The translations under genes and the position numbers were made by a program. From assembly GCA_963773965.1 (NCBI GenBank), contig CAVZDG010000010.1, positions 50,693 through 114,692 of the forward strand: a stretch of 64,000 bases of DNA, in the 5' to 3' direction. Position 1 is the first letter of the stretch. Each line of letters begins with the position of its first letter. Below are positions 19,316 through 28,786 of this stretch, one piece after another. Origin of the DNA: an uncultured Acidobacteriaceae bacterium (GTDB lineage: Bacteria; Acidobacteriota; Terriglobia; Terriglobales; Acidobacteriaceae). Below the pieces are notes generated by a model. That model ran no database searches. It was not told where the DNA came from and saw only the letters and a list, made by a program, of their open reading frames with translations.

Positions 19316-20707
19316 TCACTCCCCCGCAGCCATGATCGTATTCTGCGGCCGACCGTATTCTTTCAGCTTGTTATGCAGCGTCTTCAAGCTGATGCCGAGT
19401 ATCTCCGCGGCTCGCGTTTTGTTGTTATTGGTCGCCTGCAGAGTTTTCAGGATGAGCAGCTTCTCCGCTTCCCCGACCGTCGTGCCCACGCCCAGGTGCA
19501 CGGCATCGGGATCGTTCACCACCGGCCGCACACTCTGGCCAAAGCCCGGCGGCAGGTGCCTGGTTTCCACGAGCCCGCCTTCGCAAACGATGACGGCACG
19601 CTCCAGCGTGTTGCGCAACTCGCGCACATTGCCCGGCCACGAGTAAGTCTGGAAAACATTGAGCACGGCCTCGCTTACATCCGCCACCTTGCGATCATGC
19701 TTCAGGTTCATGTCGGCGAGCAGGCTCTTCGCTAACTCGCGAATATCTTCTTTATGCTCACGCAGCGCCGGCATGTGAATGTTGAACACGTTGAGCCGGT
19801 AATAAAGATCCTCGCGCAGTTCTCCATGGGCCACGGCATCGTCGGGAACCTTGTTGGTGGAGGCGAGCACGCGCACGTCCACCGAAGTCTCGACTTTGCT
19901 GCCGAGCCGCCGCAATTTGTGGTCTTCCAGCACACGCAGCAGCTTGGCCTGGGTGCCGACCGGCATTTCGCCTATCTCGTCGAGCAGCAGCGTGCCGCCT
20001 TCGGCGAGTTCGAAGCAGCCGGTGCGGCGCTCCAACGCGCCCGTAAATGCGCCTTTTTCGTGGCCAAAAATCTCGCTCTCGATCAGCGTCTCGGGAATGG
20101 CCGCACAATTAATGGGGAAGAAAGGTTTGTTGCGCCGCGGACTCAGGTCGTGGATGGTGCGCGCCACCAATTCTTTGCCGGTTCCGCTGGCCCCGGTGAT
20201 CAGCACCGAGGCGGTGCTCGGAGCCACCAGTTCGATGAGCCGGAAAATCTCCTGCATTTGAGGGGACGCGCCGACCAGCAGGCCGAGCGCTCCTTTGTCG
20301 CGCAAGCGGCGGCGCAACGATTCGTTTTCGGTGCGGGTGTTCAGGATTTCCCCGATGTTGGTCAGGATGGAGCGCAGCCGCCGGAAGTCGATGGGCTTCT
20401 CGATGTAGTCCTGGACGCCCAGGCGGCCCGCGTGAAATGCGGTGTCGGTCGCCTTCTGGGCGGTCACCATCACCACCGCGATCGATTGCGCCAGGTCGGC
20501 CAGCCGCTCCGCCAGTTCCATGCCGCCCATGCGGGGCATCTTCACGTCCGTGATCACGATGGAGGGAGCGAAGGCGGGGATTTTTTCCAGAGCTTCCAAG
20601 CCGTCGGCCGCCGTGTCGGTACGATAGCCCCATCCCGAAACCAGTTCGGCCAGGCCGGTGCGTTCGTTCTCTTCATCTTCCACAATCAGTACGCGTTCCT
20701 GTGTCAT
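19316..20707 (-). CDS. Sigma-54-dependent response regulator (NtrC/AtoC family)
   Basis: Receiver (VLIVEDEENE...ITDVKMPRMGG), Walker A GASGTGKE, GAFTGA, C-terminal HTH AAEILGISLKTLHNKL. Confidence 0.92.
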   Translation of the reverse strand: MTQERVLIVEDEENERTGLAELVSGWGYRTDTAADGLEALEKIPAFAPSIVITDVKMPRMGGMELAERLADLAQSIAVVMVTAQKATDTAFHAGRLGVQDYIEKPIDFRRLRSILTNIGEILNTRTENESLRRRLRDKGALGLLVGASPQMQEIFRLIELVAPSTASVLITGASGTGKELVARTIHDLSPRRNKPFFPINCAAIPETLIESEIFGHEKGAFTGALERRTGCFELAEGGTLLLDEIGEMPVGTQAKLLRVLEDHKLRRLGSKVETSVDVRVLASTNKVPDDAVAHGELREDLYYRLNVFNIHMPALREHKEDIRELAKSLLADMNLKHDRKVADVSEAVLNVFQTYSWPGNVRELRNTLERAVIVCEGGLVETRHLPPGFGQSVRPVVNDPDAVHLGVGTTVGEAEKLLILKTLQATNNNKTRAAEILGISLKTLHNKLKEYGRPQNTIMAAGE

Positions 20708-20878
20708 ATTCCTGTGCTATGGCCCCACCAGCATTATTCAGGGAAGCGCGCCGCCTCGCAACCTGGCCCGGAATGCCGGAATATCAATTTGAGATGAGTA
20801 ACGGCGCAACCGTCCGCAGAAAACCGGCTCGCGACCCGCGATGGCTATGAAAATACCCGTTAACTAATTCTTCCTCTT

Positions 20879-20906
20879 TTGCAAAAGTGCCCGCTTGCTG
20901 TAGAAT
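20879..20906 (+). promoter_or_regulatory. Putative sigma-70 promoter of the OmpA-family gene
   Basis: TTGCAA (20879-84), 16-nt spacer, TAGAAT (20901-06), about 100 nt upstream of the start codon. Confidence 0.45.
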
Positions 20907-21005
20907 TCGGTGTTTCCCAGGTGCAGGCTATCCGTGCGTGCCGTAAGGCTTTATGGATTCCAGTTCTCGTAAATAACTTGTAGTGGATTTGACCGGAGGA
21001 ACTCA

Positions 21006-22637
21006 ATGTCACTTTGTCATGAAAATTACCGGAGATGCGCGAGTGTCGCGCTCGTCCTGGCCCTCGTTCTGATTGCGTCACCGTCTTTGCTGAACGCACA
21101 AACCTCGCAGTCGAACGACAATGTGCCTCAATGGGAATGGTTCATTGGCTACCAGTGGTTAAACCCGGGCGGCAACATCCCCGATAACAGCACCCCGCCC
21201 TTGGCTATCAAGGCGCCCTCTTCGGCGAGGGGGCTGGGTACCAATGCGTCCTACAACTTCACCAAGAATCTGTCTCTCGAAGGTAACTACGGCGTGAACT
21301 GGAAGAAAACCGGCTACCTTATCAATGCCTTCGGCTTTGGGCCGAAGCTCACCTATCGCGGCGAGGGTGTGAACTTTTTCGTGCACACGCTGCTCGGAGT
21401 TCAACGCCTCAATTCGAATTACAACCAGTCCACCACCGGGGTGGCCGCACTTCTTGGCGGCGGCATGGATCTCAAGCTCTGGGAGCCGGTCTCGCTCCGA
21501 CTCTTTGAAGCCGACTACCAACTCGGGCGCGAAAACTTCTCCAACAATGTGCCGCCTTCAGATAGCGCGTTGCGGCGTCAGACCTTCAACGGCGCCCGCC
21601 TGACGACCGGTCTGGTGTTCAATTTTGGCGGCCAAGCTCCCGAAGCTCTCGTGGCGGCCTCCTGCTCGGTGCAGCCCTCCGAAGTCATGGTTGGAGAGCC
21701 GGTGCATGCCAGCGTGGTGGCCAGCAACTTCAAACCCACGCACACGCTCACCTACACCTGGGCGAGCAACGGGGGCAAGATCGAGGGCAAAGACACAGTC
21801 GCCACCATCGATACTAACGGCGTCAGCGGGGGCAGCTACACCACCACCGCCACGGTCACCGATCCCAAGGCCAAGAAGAACAACACGGCCAGTTGCACCG
21901 CCAACTTCACGGTGAAGGAACAGCCCAAGAACCCGCCGCAGATTTCCTGCTCGGCGAGCCCGTCGATGGTCCAGACCGGCGCTTCGGCAACCATCAGCTG
22001 CACTTGCACCAGTCCGGATAATGTTCCGGTAACGGTGGGCGGATGGACATCGAGCGGCGGCAGTATTTCCGGCAGCGGAAACTCCGCCACACTAAACACC
22101 ACCGGCGCCTCGTCCGGTCCCATCACGATCGGGGCTACTTGCACGGACTCGCGCGGCTTGACGGCTTCGACTACGAGCTTGGTGACGGTTGAAAATCCGC
22201 CACCGCCGGCGCCGCAGGCCAGCAAGGTGAACGAGTGCCAGTATCCCAACGTCAAGAAGCCGTGGCGCGTTGACAACACCTGCAAGGCTGCGCTGGACGA
22301 TGTTGCACTCAAGTTGCAGCAGGATCCAGACGCCAAGCTGGTCGTGGTCGGGAACGCCGATCCGACGGAAAAGCGTAAGAACCTGGCGGGCGAGCGCGCG
22401 CTCAACGTGAAGGCCTACATCTCGGGAGGCGAGGCGAAACAGAACATCGACCCAAGCCGCATCGAGACCCGCACCGGAAACGCCGGCACGGCGACTTCGG
22501 AACATTGGATTGTTCCGGCCGGCGCGACCTTCCCCGGAGCCGTCACCACTACCCCGGTCGATGAGACGAAGGTAAAGGCGGTTCCGGATCATCCGAAACC
22601 GGTCGCCAAGAAGAAGGCGGCGAAAAAGGCCGAATAA
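21006..22637 (+). CDS. OmpA-family outer-membrane protein (N-terminal beta-barrel, two Ig-like repeats, C-terminal OmpA-like domain)
   Basis: Signal peptide ending LLNAQ, alternating beta-strand N-domain, two ~90-aa Cys-flanked repeats, and a C-terminal LVVVGNADP...ERALNVKAY segment. Confidence 0.8.
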   Translation: MSLCHENYRRCASVALVLALVLIASPSLLNAQTSQSNDNVPQWEWFIGYQWLNPGGNIPDNSTPPLAIKAPSSARGLGTNASYNFTKNLSLEGNYGVNWKKTGYLINAFGFGPKLTYRGEGVNFFVHTLLGVQRLNSNYNQSTTGVAALLGGGMDLKLWEPVSLRLFEADYQLGRENFSNNVPPSDSALRRQTFNGARLTTGLVFNFGGQAPEALVAASCSVQPSEVMVGEPVHASVVASNFKPTHTLTYTWASNGGKIEGKDTVATIDTNGVSGGSYTTTATVTDPKAKKNNTASCTANFTVKEQPKNPPQISCSASPSMVQTGASATISCTCTSPDNVPVTVGGWTSSGGSISGSGNSATLNTTGASSGPITIGATCTDSRGLTASTTSLVTVENPPPPAPQASKVNECQYPNVKKPWRVDNTCKAALDDVALKLQQDPDAKLVVVGNADPTEKRKNLAGERALNVKAYISGGEAKQNIDPSRIETRTGNAGTATSEHWIVPAGATFPGAVTTTPVDETKVKAVPDHPKPVAKKKAAKKAE

Positions 22638-22655
22638 CCGAGGTAGGAAGAGCAC

Positions 22656-22698
22656 GAAAGGCCGGTGGGGTTCACCCTGCCGGCCTTTCTATTTTTCT
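22656..22698 (+). terminator. Rho-independent terminator
   Basis: gaaaggccgg-N14-ccggcctttc followed by tattttt. Confidence 0.8.
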
Positions 22699-22785
22699 TG
22701 CCCTTCGGTAACCTTGTCTCACCGTGCTCGCCTGTCTAAAGTGGAGCGCAGGCGAATACTGTTCGCCGGGGGTCAATCTACGCGC

Positions 22786-24792
22786 ATGGATTTCACAGTG
22801 AAACGGAACGTTCTCCGCACAAGTCTATTGCTTCTTGCTGTCAGTCTTTTGAGCACCGCGCTGCTGGCCTCCGGGCCCTGGCAGGTGCTAGGTCCGGACG
22901 GCGGCGATGCCCGCAGCCTGGCTTATGACGTCCACAATCCGGACCACATCCTGCTCGGCACCAGCACCGGCCAGATGTTTGTTTCGAACGATGCTGGACG
23001 CAACTGGTCACGCTTGGCGCGCCTGGGTGGCGACGACTACGTGCTCGACCACATCTCCATCGATCCGCAGGACTCCAACCGCATCTATGTTTCGGCGTGG
23101 AGCGTATCGAGCCAGCAGATCGGCGAAGTCTTCCGCACGCGCGACGGCGGCCGCAACTGGGATGCGCTGCCGGCGATGCACGGCAAATCGATCCGCGCCC
23201 TGGCCGTGCACAAGGGTGATTCCAAAGTCGTGGTCGTCGGCGCGCTCGACGGCGTCTATCGCAGTAAAAATGGCGGCGATACCTGGGAGCGCCTGTCGCC
23301 CGCGAACTCCACCGACATCAAGAATATTGAATCGATCGCGGTCGACCCCAAAGATCCGAACACCGTCTATGCCGGAACCTGGCACCTGGCCTGGAAAACT
23401 TCCGACGGCGGCGCCAACTGGCAGCATATCAATAAGGGCATGATCGATGACTCTGATGTGTTTTCGGTCATCGTCGACCATGAAAACCCCTCGGTCGTTT
23501 TCGCGAGCGCCTGCTCCGGAATCTACAGGAGCGAGAACGGGGGCAACCTGTTCACGAAGATTCAGGGCATTCCGTTTTCGGCGCGCCGCACCCGTGTGCT
23601 CAAGCAGGATCCGACGAACGAAAATATCATCTACGCCGGCACCACCGAAGGCCTCTGGAAATCGACCGACCTCGGCAAGGTGTGGAAGCGTGTGAGCGAT
23701 CCCGAGGTCGTGGTCAACGACGTGCTCATCGATCCGCGGGATTCCAAGCGCGTGCTGCTCGCCACCGACCGCAGCGGCGTGATGGCCTCGACCGATGGCG
23801 CCTCCACCTGGACCACTTCCAACCACGGTTACACACATCGCTATGTCTCCGCCATTCTGGCGGATAACAAAGATGCCAGTTCGCTCTACGTTGGCGTCGT
23901 CAACGACCGCGAATACGGTGGCATGTTCCATTCCCGTGACGCTGGACAGCACTGGTTGCAGAAAGCGGCTGGCCTCGGCGGGAAGGACGTTTTCGCGCTC
24001 AAACAGGCTCCCAGCGGAATGCTGGTGGCCGGCACCAACCACGGTATATATTCGCTGGAGCGCAATGCCAGCGAATGGCATCCCATGAACGTTGTGGTTG
24101 TCGAGCATACGGTGAAAACGCCGCGCAAGGGTTCGCGCAAAGCGGTCACCACAACCACTTTCCAGAAGTCGCAACTGGAATCGCGGGTCAACGATCTTGA
24201 ACTCGGTTCCGGACGCTGGCTGGCGGCAACCACCACTGGCATCTACGCGAGCGCCGACCAGGGCAAAACCTGGAAGGGCGGACAGATTCTGGGACAGAGT
24301 GATTTCGTTGCCGTGCGAGCCGAAGGTTCCACGTTGGTGGCGGCTACACGTTCCAGCGTGCTGGTCTCGAATGACAGCGGCGCGACCTGGAAACGCGCCG
24401 GTCTGCCGACGTATGTGGTCAGCATCCGCAGCGCCGCGATTGCTTCCGATAGCCAGATCATGATCGCCTCGCGCGAAGGGGCGTTCCGCAGCGGAGACGG
24501 GGGCGCGACCTGGGAGCACGTCGTCAACGGCCTTCCCGCCAAGGACATCACTTCCGTCAGCTTCGATTTCACCCACAAGCGCCTGCTGGCCACCAGCGAC
24601 GCGACTGGCGTGATCTTCGAAAGCCGCGACGGCGGACGGTCCTGGCAGCGCGGTCCCGACAGCGGATTCCCGCTGCGCCGGGTCAGCGTAATTGGCGGAC
24701 GCTTCGTAGGCGCCACTCCATTTGATGGCGTCATCCTGCAACCGGAGAACGAATCCATCAGCGCAGCCGCCGAAGCGGGCAGCACCGAATAA
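22786..24792 (+). CDS. BNR/Asp-box repeat beta-propeller protein (sortilin/Ycf48-like 'glycosyl hydrolase' family), secreted
   Basis: About 12 SxDxGxxW Asp-box motifs (SNDAGRNWS, TRDGGRNWD, SKNGGDTWE, TSDGGANWQ, SRDGGRSWQ and others). Signal peptide follows the ATG at 22786. Confidence 0.85.
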   Translation: MDFTVKRNVLRTSLLLLAVSLLSTALLASGPWQVLGPDGGDARSLAYDVHNPDHILLGTSTGQMFVSNDAGRNWSRLARLGGDDYVLDHISIDPQDSNRIYVSAWSVSSQQIGEVFRTRDGGRNWDALPAMHGKSIRALAVHKGDSKVVVVGALDGVYRSKNGGDTWERLSPANSTDIKNIESIAVDPKDPNTVYAGTWHLAWKTSDGGANWQHINKGMIDDSDVFSVIVDHENPSVVFASACSGIYRSENGGNLFTKIQGIPFSARRTRVLKQDPTNENIIYAGTTEGLWKSTDLGKVWKRVSDPEVVVNDVLIDPRDSKRVLLATDRSGVMASTDGASTWTTSNHGYTHRYVSAILADNKDASSLYVGVVNDREYGGMFHSRDAGQHWLQKAAGLGGKDVFALKQAPSGMLVAGTNHGIYSLERNASEWHPMNVVVVEHTVKTPRKGSRKAVTTTTFQKSQLESRVNDLELGSGRWLAATTTGIYASADQGKTWKGGQILGQSDFVAVRAEGSTLVAATRSSVLVSNDSGATWKRAGLPTYVVSIRSAAIASDSQIMIASREGAFRSGDGGATWEHVVNGLPAKDITSVSFDFTHKRLLATSDATGVIFESRDGGRSWQRGPDSGFPLRRVSVIGGRFVGATPFDGVILQPENESISAAAEAGSTE

Positions 24793-24817
24793 GACTGAAT
24801 TCAAACCGAAATACCAA

Positions 24818-24850
24818 CCGGGGAAGCGGAAACGCTTCCCCGGTTTTTCT
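24818..24850 (+). terminator. Rho-independent terminator
   Basis: ccggggaagcg-gaaa-cgcttccccgg followed by ttttt. Confidence 0.85.
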
Positions 24851-24890
24851 TGGTGGGGACGGTCGCGCCGACCTTGCGTTCTTTGCGAGG

Positions 24891-25634
24891 GTGGGAAACA
24901 ATCTTTCTAGCACTCTTATGCGACTTGCCTGTGGACTCGCGATGGTGCTTGGGCTGAGTTTTCCGGCTGCGGGAATGGCTTCCTGGCAACAGGACAAGGC
25001 TAGCTCCGCGAATGCCGCGGGACAAACTCCGGCTGCGCCCGCCGCTCCAGCAGAGAACGGGCCGGCGGGGTCGCCGGCTCCGACGGAGAAATCGCGGACA
25101 GAGGGCGGTCCTGCGGAGCAGGTTCCGGCAGAGACCACGCCGGCTGCGCCCGCGGCTCCGGTGGAGAGCACTCCCGCTGCGGAGACGAGAGCGCCGGAGA
25201 ACGCGGCGAAGGAAAAGACGGATGCTGGTTCGGCAAACAACGCTTCGGCAAACAACGGTTCGGCAAGCAATGGTTCGGCGAGCGGGACCAGAAAACGCCG
25301 CAAGCGCGCCGCGTCAGCGCCGGATGGCGCGCCGCGGAAGATTGTGGTTCGCGAGGGCGGAGCGAGCGAGCCCGCGGCGCTGATTGCGCCCGGCATGAGT
25401 CCCGCAGAAGCCACCCGCCAGCGCCAGAACGCGGAACAGTTGCTGGGCTCTACCGACGACAAGCTGAAGCGACTGGCGGAACGCACGCTGGACGCGCGAC
25501 AGCAGGAGACGGTGGGACAGATCCGCAACTATATGGATGTCGCGCGTTCGGCGCTGAAGGAAGGCGATGTGCGGAGAGCGAATACGCTGGCGCAGAAGGC
25601 ACATTTGCTGTCGGAAGATTTGACGAAGCATTAG
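24891..25634 (+). CDS. Hypothetical secreted Pro/Ala-rich protein with helical C-terminus
   Basis: Signal-like N-terminus (MRLACGLAMVLGLSFPAAG), then a long low-complexity region. No family recognised. The start is either GTG 24891 or ATG 24918. Confidence 0.5.
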   Translation: MGNNLSSTLMRLACGLAMVLGLSFPAAGMASWQQDKASSANAAGQTPAAPAAPAENGPAGSPAPTEKSRTEGGPAEQVPAETTPAAPAAPVESTPAAETRAPENAAKEKTDAGSANNASANNGSASNGSASGTRKRRKRAASAPDGAPRKIVVREGGASEPAALIAPGMSPAEATRQRQNAEQLLGSTDDKLKRLAERTLDARQQETVGQIRNYMDVARSALKEGDVRRANTLAQKAHLLSEDLTKH

Positions 25635-25655
25635 GGGCGGTGGAAAACTTACCGA

Positions 25656-25684
25656 TTGCAAGGATCGATTTGTGATGCTATAAT
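25656..25684 (+). promoter_or_regulatory. Sigma-70 promoter positioned for a leaderless antitoxin mRNA, with an overlapping operator-like inverted repeat
   Basis: TTGCAA (25656-61), 17-nt spacer, TATAAT (25679-84). The ATG at 25692 lies 7 nt after the -10 element. The inverted repeat gtgatgc/gtatcac brackets the -10. Confidence 0.6.
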
Positions 25685-25691
25685 GTATCAC

Positions 25692-25934
25692 ATGACTAAA
25701 GCCTCGGTTCGGGACCTGCGCTACGACTTCAAAAAGATTGAACGCCTCTTACTCCAAGGTGAAGAGATCCAGATTACCAAACGCCGGCGTGTCATCGCCC
25801 GCCTGGTGCCGGAAAGCGCGGAAGGTGAGAAAAAGATGCCCGATTTCATGGCGCGGGTGCGCCGGATCTACGGCGACAAGGTGCTGGCGGTTAGCGGAGC
25901 GGATTTGATATCCGCCGATCGGGATCGGTATTGA
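25692..25934 (+). CDS. Type II antitoxin (Phd/YefM-like, VapB partner)
   Basis: About 80 aa. N-terminal SVRDLRYDFKKIERLL...EIQITKRRRVIARLVP is typical of prevent-host-death antitoxins. Its stop overlaps the toxin start (TTGA). Confidence 0.75.
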   Translation: MTKASVRDLRYDFKKIERLLLQGEEIQITKRRRVIARLVPESAEGEKKMPDFMARVRRIYGDKVLAVSGADLISADRDRY

Positions 25935-26359
25935 AGATCTACGCCGATTCCAGCTTTCTGGTGTCGCTGTACAGCGCAGATGCCAATTGGGCCGCCGCCG
26001 CGCGCACCATGGAGACTTCCAGGGGAGAATGCTTGGTTACTACGCTTGGAGAACTTGAAGTCGTCAATGCTTTCGGATTGCGGGTTTTTCGGAAAGAAGT
26101 ATCGGTCGCGCAGGCCCAATCGTCATTACTCGACTTCGAAAAAGATTTGCGCGATGGGATTCTCCAACTCCGGGAGTTATCGGATCCGATTTTTCAAAGG
26201 GCGCGCCAACTGTCTCGACAAACAACCGCCAAACTGGGTACCCGGACAGCAGATATTTTGCACGTGGCGGCAGCACTCGAACTGGGTGTGGATTGGCTCT
26301 ACAGCTTCGACCGACAGCAGAGAAAGCTTGCTCAAACTGTTCGCCTCAAGCTGAACTAG
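25931..26359 (+). CDS. vapC: Type II toxin VapC (PIN-domain ribonuclease)
   Basis: IYADSSFLVSLY...TADILHVAAALELG...SFD carries the PIN acidic residues. TTG start. Confidence 0.85.
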   Translation: MKIYADSSFLVSLYSADANWAAAARTMETSRGECLVTTLGELEVVNAFGLRVFRKEVSVAQAQSSLLDFEKDLRDGILQLRELSDPIFQRARQLSRQTTAKLGTRTADILHVAAALELGVDWLYSFDRQQRKLAQTVRLKLN

Positions 26360-26360
26360 G

Positions 26361-26546
26361 GTGGCGTAGCCCCTAAAGGGGCGTGAGATTTCGGGAAGTT
26401 GCGGCATCGCCAAAGCGATGCCCTGATACAAAACCCCGATACGAAACCCGAAATTCCCTGTAGAGACGCGGCTTGGCGCGTCTCCGCCCGCACCGCCGAT
26501 TCTCTCGTTGGCAGCGGGAGACGGGGCAAGCCCCGTCTCTACAGGC
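26361..26546. repeat. Interspersed repeat (cccctaaagggg / ggcatcgccaaagcgatgcc hairpins) followed by a REPIN
   Basis: 26361-26450 recurs in inverted form at about 31300-31378. 26457-26546 holds two inverted GTAGAGACG-family REPs. Confidence 0.85.
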
Positions 26547-26553
26547 GGGAAAA

Positions 26554-27207
26554 CTATTTTCGCCCTGCGCGCTTCTGCGCCACGACCAGGCCGCGCGGGG
26601 TGGGCAAGAGCACGGTCGAGATCAGGCCGTCTTGTTCGAGTTTGAGGGCGGCCTCGCGGACGATCTTCAAATGCGAACTGGCGTCGTGCATCAGGATCAG
26701 GCCATAGGGGCTGATCTGCGGCAGAAAGCGGCGAATTTCCCGCTCGCGGATGGACATATCGCTGTCGCTGAAAAAGAGGTCGATGGGGCCCTCGACTTTC
26801 ATGTCGAGGCTTGATTCATGTCGCAGTTCGATCCACTCGGCGAGTCCGGAAGCCTGGATTCGCGCCTTTGCGTTCTCATACACCTCTGGGTCGAACTCGC
26901 AGGTGATGACGCGCCCGCGTCCGTTGGCTTTCAATCCCTCGGCGATCCAGAGAGTGCTGATGCCGCTGAAGGTTCCGGTCTCCACCACCAGTTCGGGCTT
27001 GATGGTGGTGACGAGGGCGCGCAGGAACTCGAGCACCTCGGCCTCGGCGGTCATGGAATCGAACATGCGCCAGCGCTCCGGGTGCGGACACTCGGGCGTC
27101 GGGCGATGATATTCGGGCTGCAGTCGATCGCCGGTGCGCTCGATCTGGCGCAGGATGCGGCGCTCCTGCTTTTCTTTCTTGAAAAGGCGGCGAAGGCTTA
27201 GGGACAT
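26554..27207 (-). CDS. Class I SAM-dependent O-methyltransferase
   Basis: VVETGTFSGISTLWIAEGL...VITCEFDP...FFSDSD resembles family-3 O-methyltransferase motifs. Confidence 0.75.
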   Translation of the reverse strand: MSLSLRRLFKKEKQERRILRQIERTGDRLQPEYHRPTPECPHPERWRMFDSMTAEAEVLEFLRALVTTIKPELVVETGTFSGISTLWIAEGLKANGRGRVITCEFDPEVYENAKARIQASGLAEWIELRHESSLDMKVEGPIDLFFSDSDMSIREREIRRFLPQISPYGLILMHDASSHLKIVREAALKLEQDGLISTVLLPTPRGLVVAQKRAGRK

Positions 27208-27235
27208 AGAGTAAAGAAGTGTACCGCAGGAAGAA

Positions 27236-27356
27236 GGTCACAGGTGTCAGGTGTCAGGTGAGCAGGGAAAAGGTCTCAGGGTCAGGTGTCAGGAAAATCT
27301 CACGAGCGTCGGGTTTTAGGTTTTTCCGAGACCGAAGACCTGAGACCTGAGACCTG
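27236..27356. repeat. Long imperfect hairpin of 7-nt-periodic repeats (GGTGTCA/GGTCTCA type)
   Basis: aggtcacaggtgtcaggtgtcagg...aggtctcagggtcaggtgtcagg ... cctgagacctgagacct. Lies between glgC and the methyltransferase gene. Confidence 0.75.
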
Positions 27357-27358
27357 CT

Positions 27359-28609
27359 CTACTCACTCGTGAAGTAATCCACGGCCACGGGATTCTCGAA
27401 GAGGGAGTAATCGCGGGTCACGACCGTGATGCCGGTGTCGGTGACGAAGTAGCGGTCGCGGTCGGCTTCGGCATCGTAGCCGATGGTGGTTCCTTCGGGA
27501 ATGTGGACGTCGCGGTCGATGATGGCTTTGCGGATGCGGCAACTGCGTCCCACGTTCACGTGCGAGAACAGGATGCTGTCGTCGATTTCGGTGTAGGAGT
27601 TGACGCGCACATCCGGAGAGAGCACGCAATTCTGGACGGAGCCGCCGGAAATGATGCAGCCGGAAGAAACCAGGGAATCGAGGGCGTGGCCCATGCGCCC
27701 GGTTTCGGCAAACACGAATTTTGCCGGCGGATACTGCCGCTGGTGGGTGCGGATGGGCCATTGCTCATCGTAAAGATTGAAGACCGGAGAGACCGAAACC
27801 AGGTCCATGTTGGCTTCGTAGTAGGCTTCGAGCGTGCCCACGTCGCGCCAGTAGAGGGCTTCTTTCTTGTTTTCGTCGACAAAATTGAAAGCGAAGACGC
27901 GGTAGTCATCCAGCATTTTGGGCAGAATATTCTTGCCGAAATCGTGACTGGAATCGGGATCCTCGGCGTCTTTGAGCAGCACGGGAATGAGCACGTCGGT
28001 GTTGAAGATATAGATGCCCATCGATGCTGAAATTTTCGTCGGATCGTAGGGCGATCGGATCTCGGTCTGTTGCGGTTTTTCCAGGAAGCCGATGATGCGA
28101 TTTTCGCGGTCGATGTCGACGACGCCGAAATGGCGGCATTCGGCCGGGTCGGTCACCAGGGTGGCGACGGTGACGTCGGCGGCGGCGTCCTGGTGCTGCT
28201 TGAGCATGCGCTCGTAATTCATTTTGTAGATGTGGTCGCCGGAGAGGATGATCACGTACTTGGGCTGCTCGGAGCCGATGGAATAGATGTTCTGATAGAC
28301 GGCGTCGGCCGTCCCCATGTACCAGTTCTCGCTGACCCGCTTCATGGGGGGCAGGATTTCGATGAACTCGCCGATTTCACGGCCGAAAATATTCCAGCCT
28401 TCGCGGATCTGACGATTGAGCGAGAGCGCCTTGTATTGCGTGAGGATATAGACGCGGCGCAGGCCGGAGTTGACGCAGTTGGAAAGCGTGATGTCGATGA
28501 TGCGGTAGATGCCGCCGAAGGTCACGGCCGGTTTGGCGCGGTCGCGGGTGAGCGGATAGAGGCGTTCGCCGGCGCCTCCGGCGAGCAAGATTCCGAGCGT
28601 ATCTTTCAT
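27359..28609 (-). CDS. glgC: Glucose-1-phosphate adenylyltransferase
   Basis: LAGGAGERLYPLTRDRAKPAVTFGGIYRIIDITLSNCVNSG and full-length (416 aa) similarity to GlgC. Confidence 0.95.
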   Translation of the reverse strand: MKDTLGILLAGGAGERLYPLTRDRAKPAVTFGGIYRIIDITLSNCVNSGLRRVYILTQYKALSLNRQIREGWNIFGREIGEFIEILPPMKRVSENWYMGTADAVYQNIYSIGSEQPKYVIILSGDHIYKMNYERMLKQHQDAAADVTVATLVTDPAECRHFGVVDIDRENRIIGFLEKPQQTEIRSPYDPTKISASMGIYIFNTDVLIPVLLKDAEDPDSSHDFGKNILPKMLDDYRVFAFNFVDENKKEALYWRDVGTLEAYYEANMDLVSVSPVFNLYDEQWPIRTHQRQYPPAKFVFAETGRMGHALDSLVSSGCIISGGSVQNCVLSPDVRVNSYTEIDDSILFSHVNVGRSCRIRKAIIDRDVHIPEGTTIGYDAEADRDRYFVTDTGITVVTRDYSLFENPVAVDYFTSE

Positions 28610-28786
28610 TGGACACCGTCATCGGCACACCGTAGGGATGCAGCGTGCGACGCGGACGCTGTCCCGGCTCAACGCGACATACTAGCACAGGCAGTGCGTT
28701 CCGATCGGTGCGGCCAACACAAAATCCGGTTCAAAAAGACCTTATACTGGCGGTCTGACTAGCTGAGATGCTGAAGTAGCTGACAG

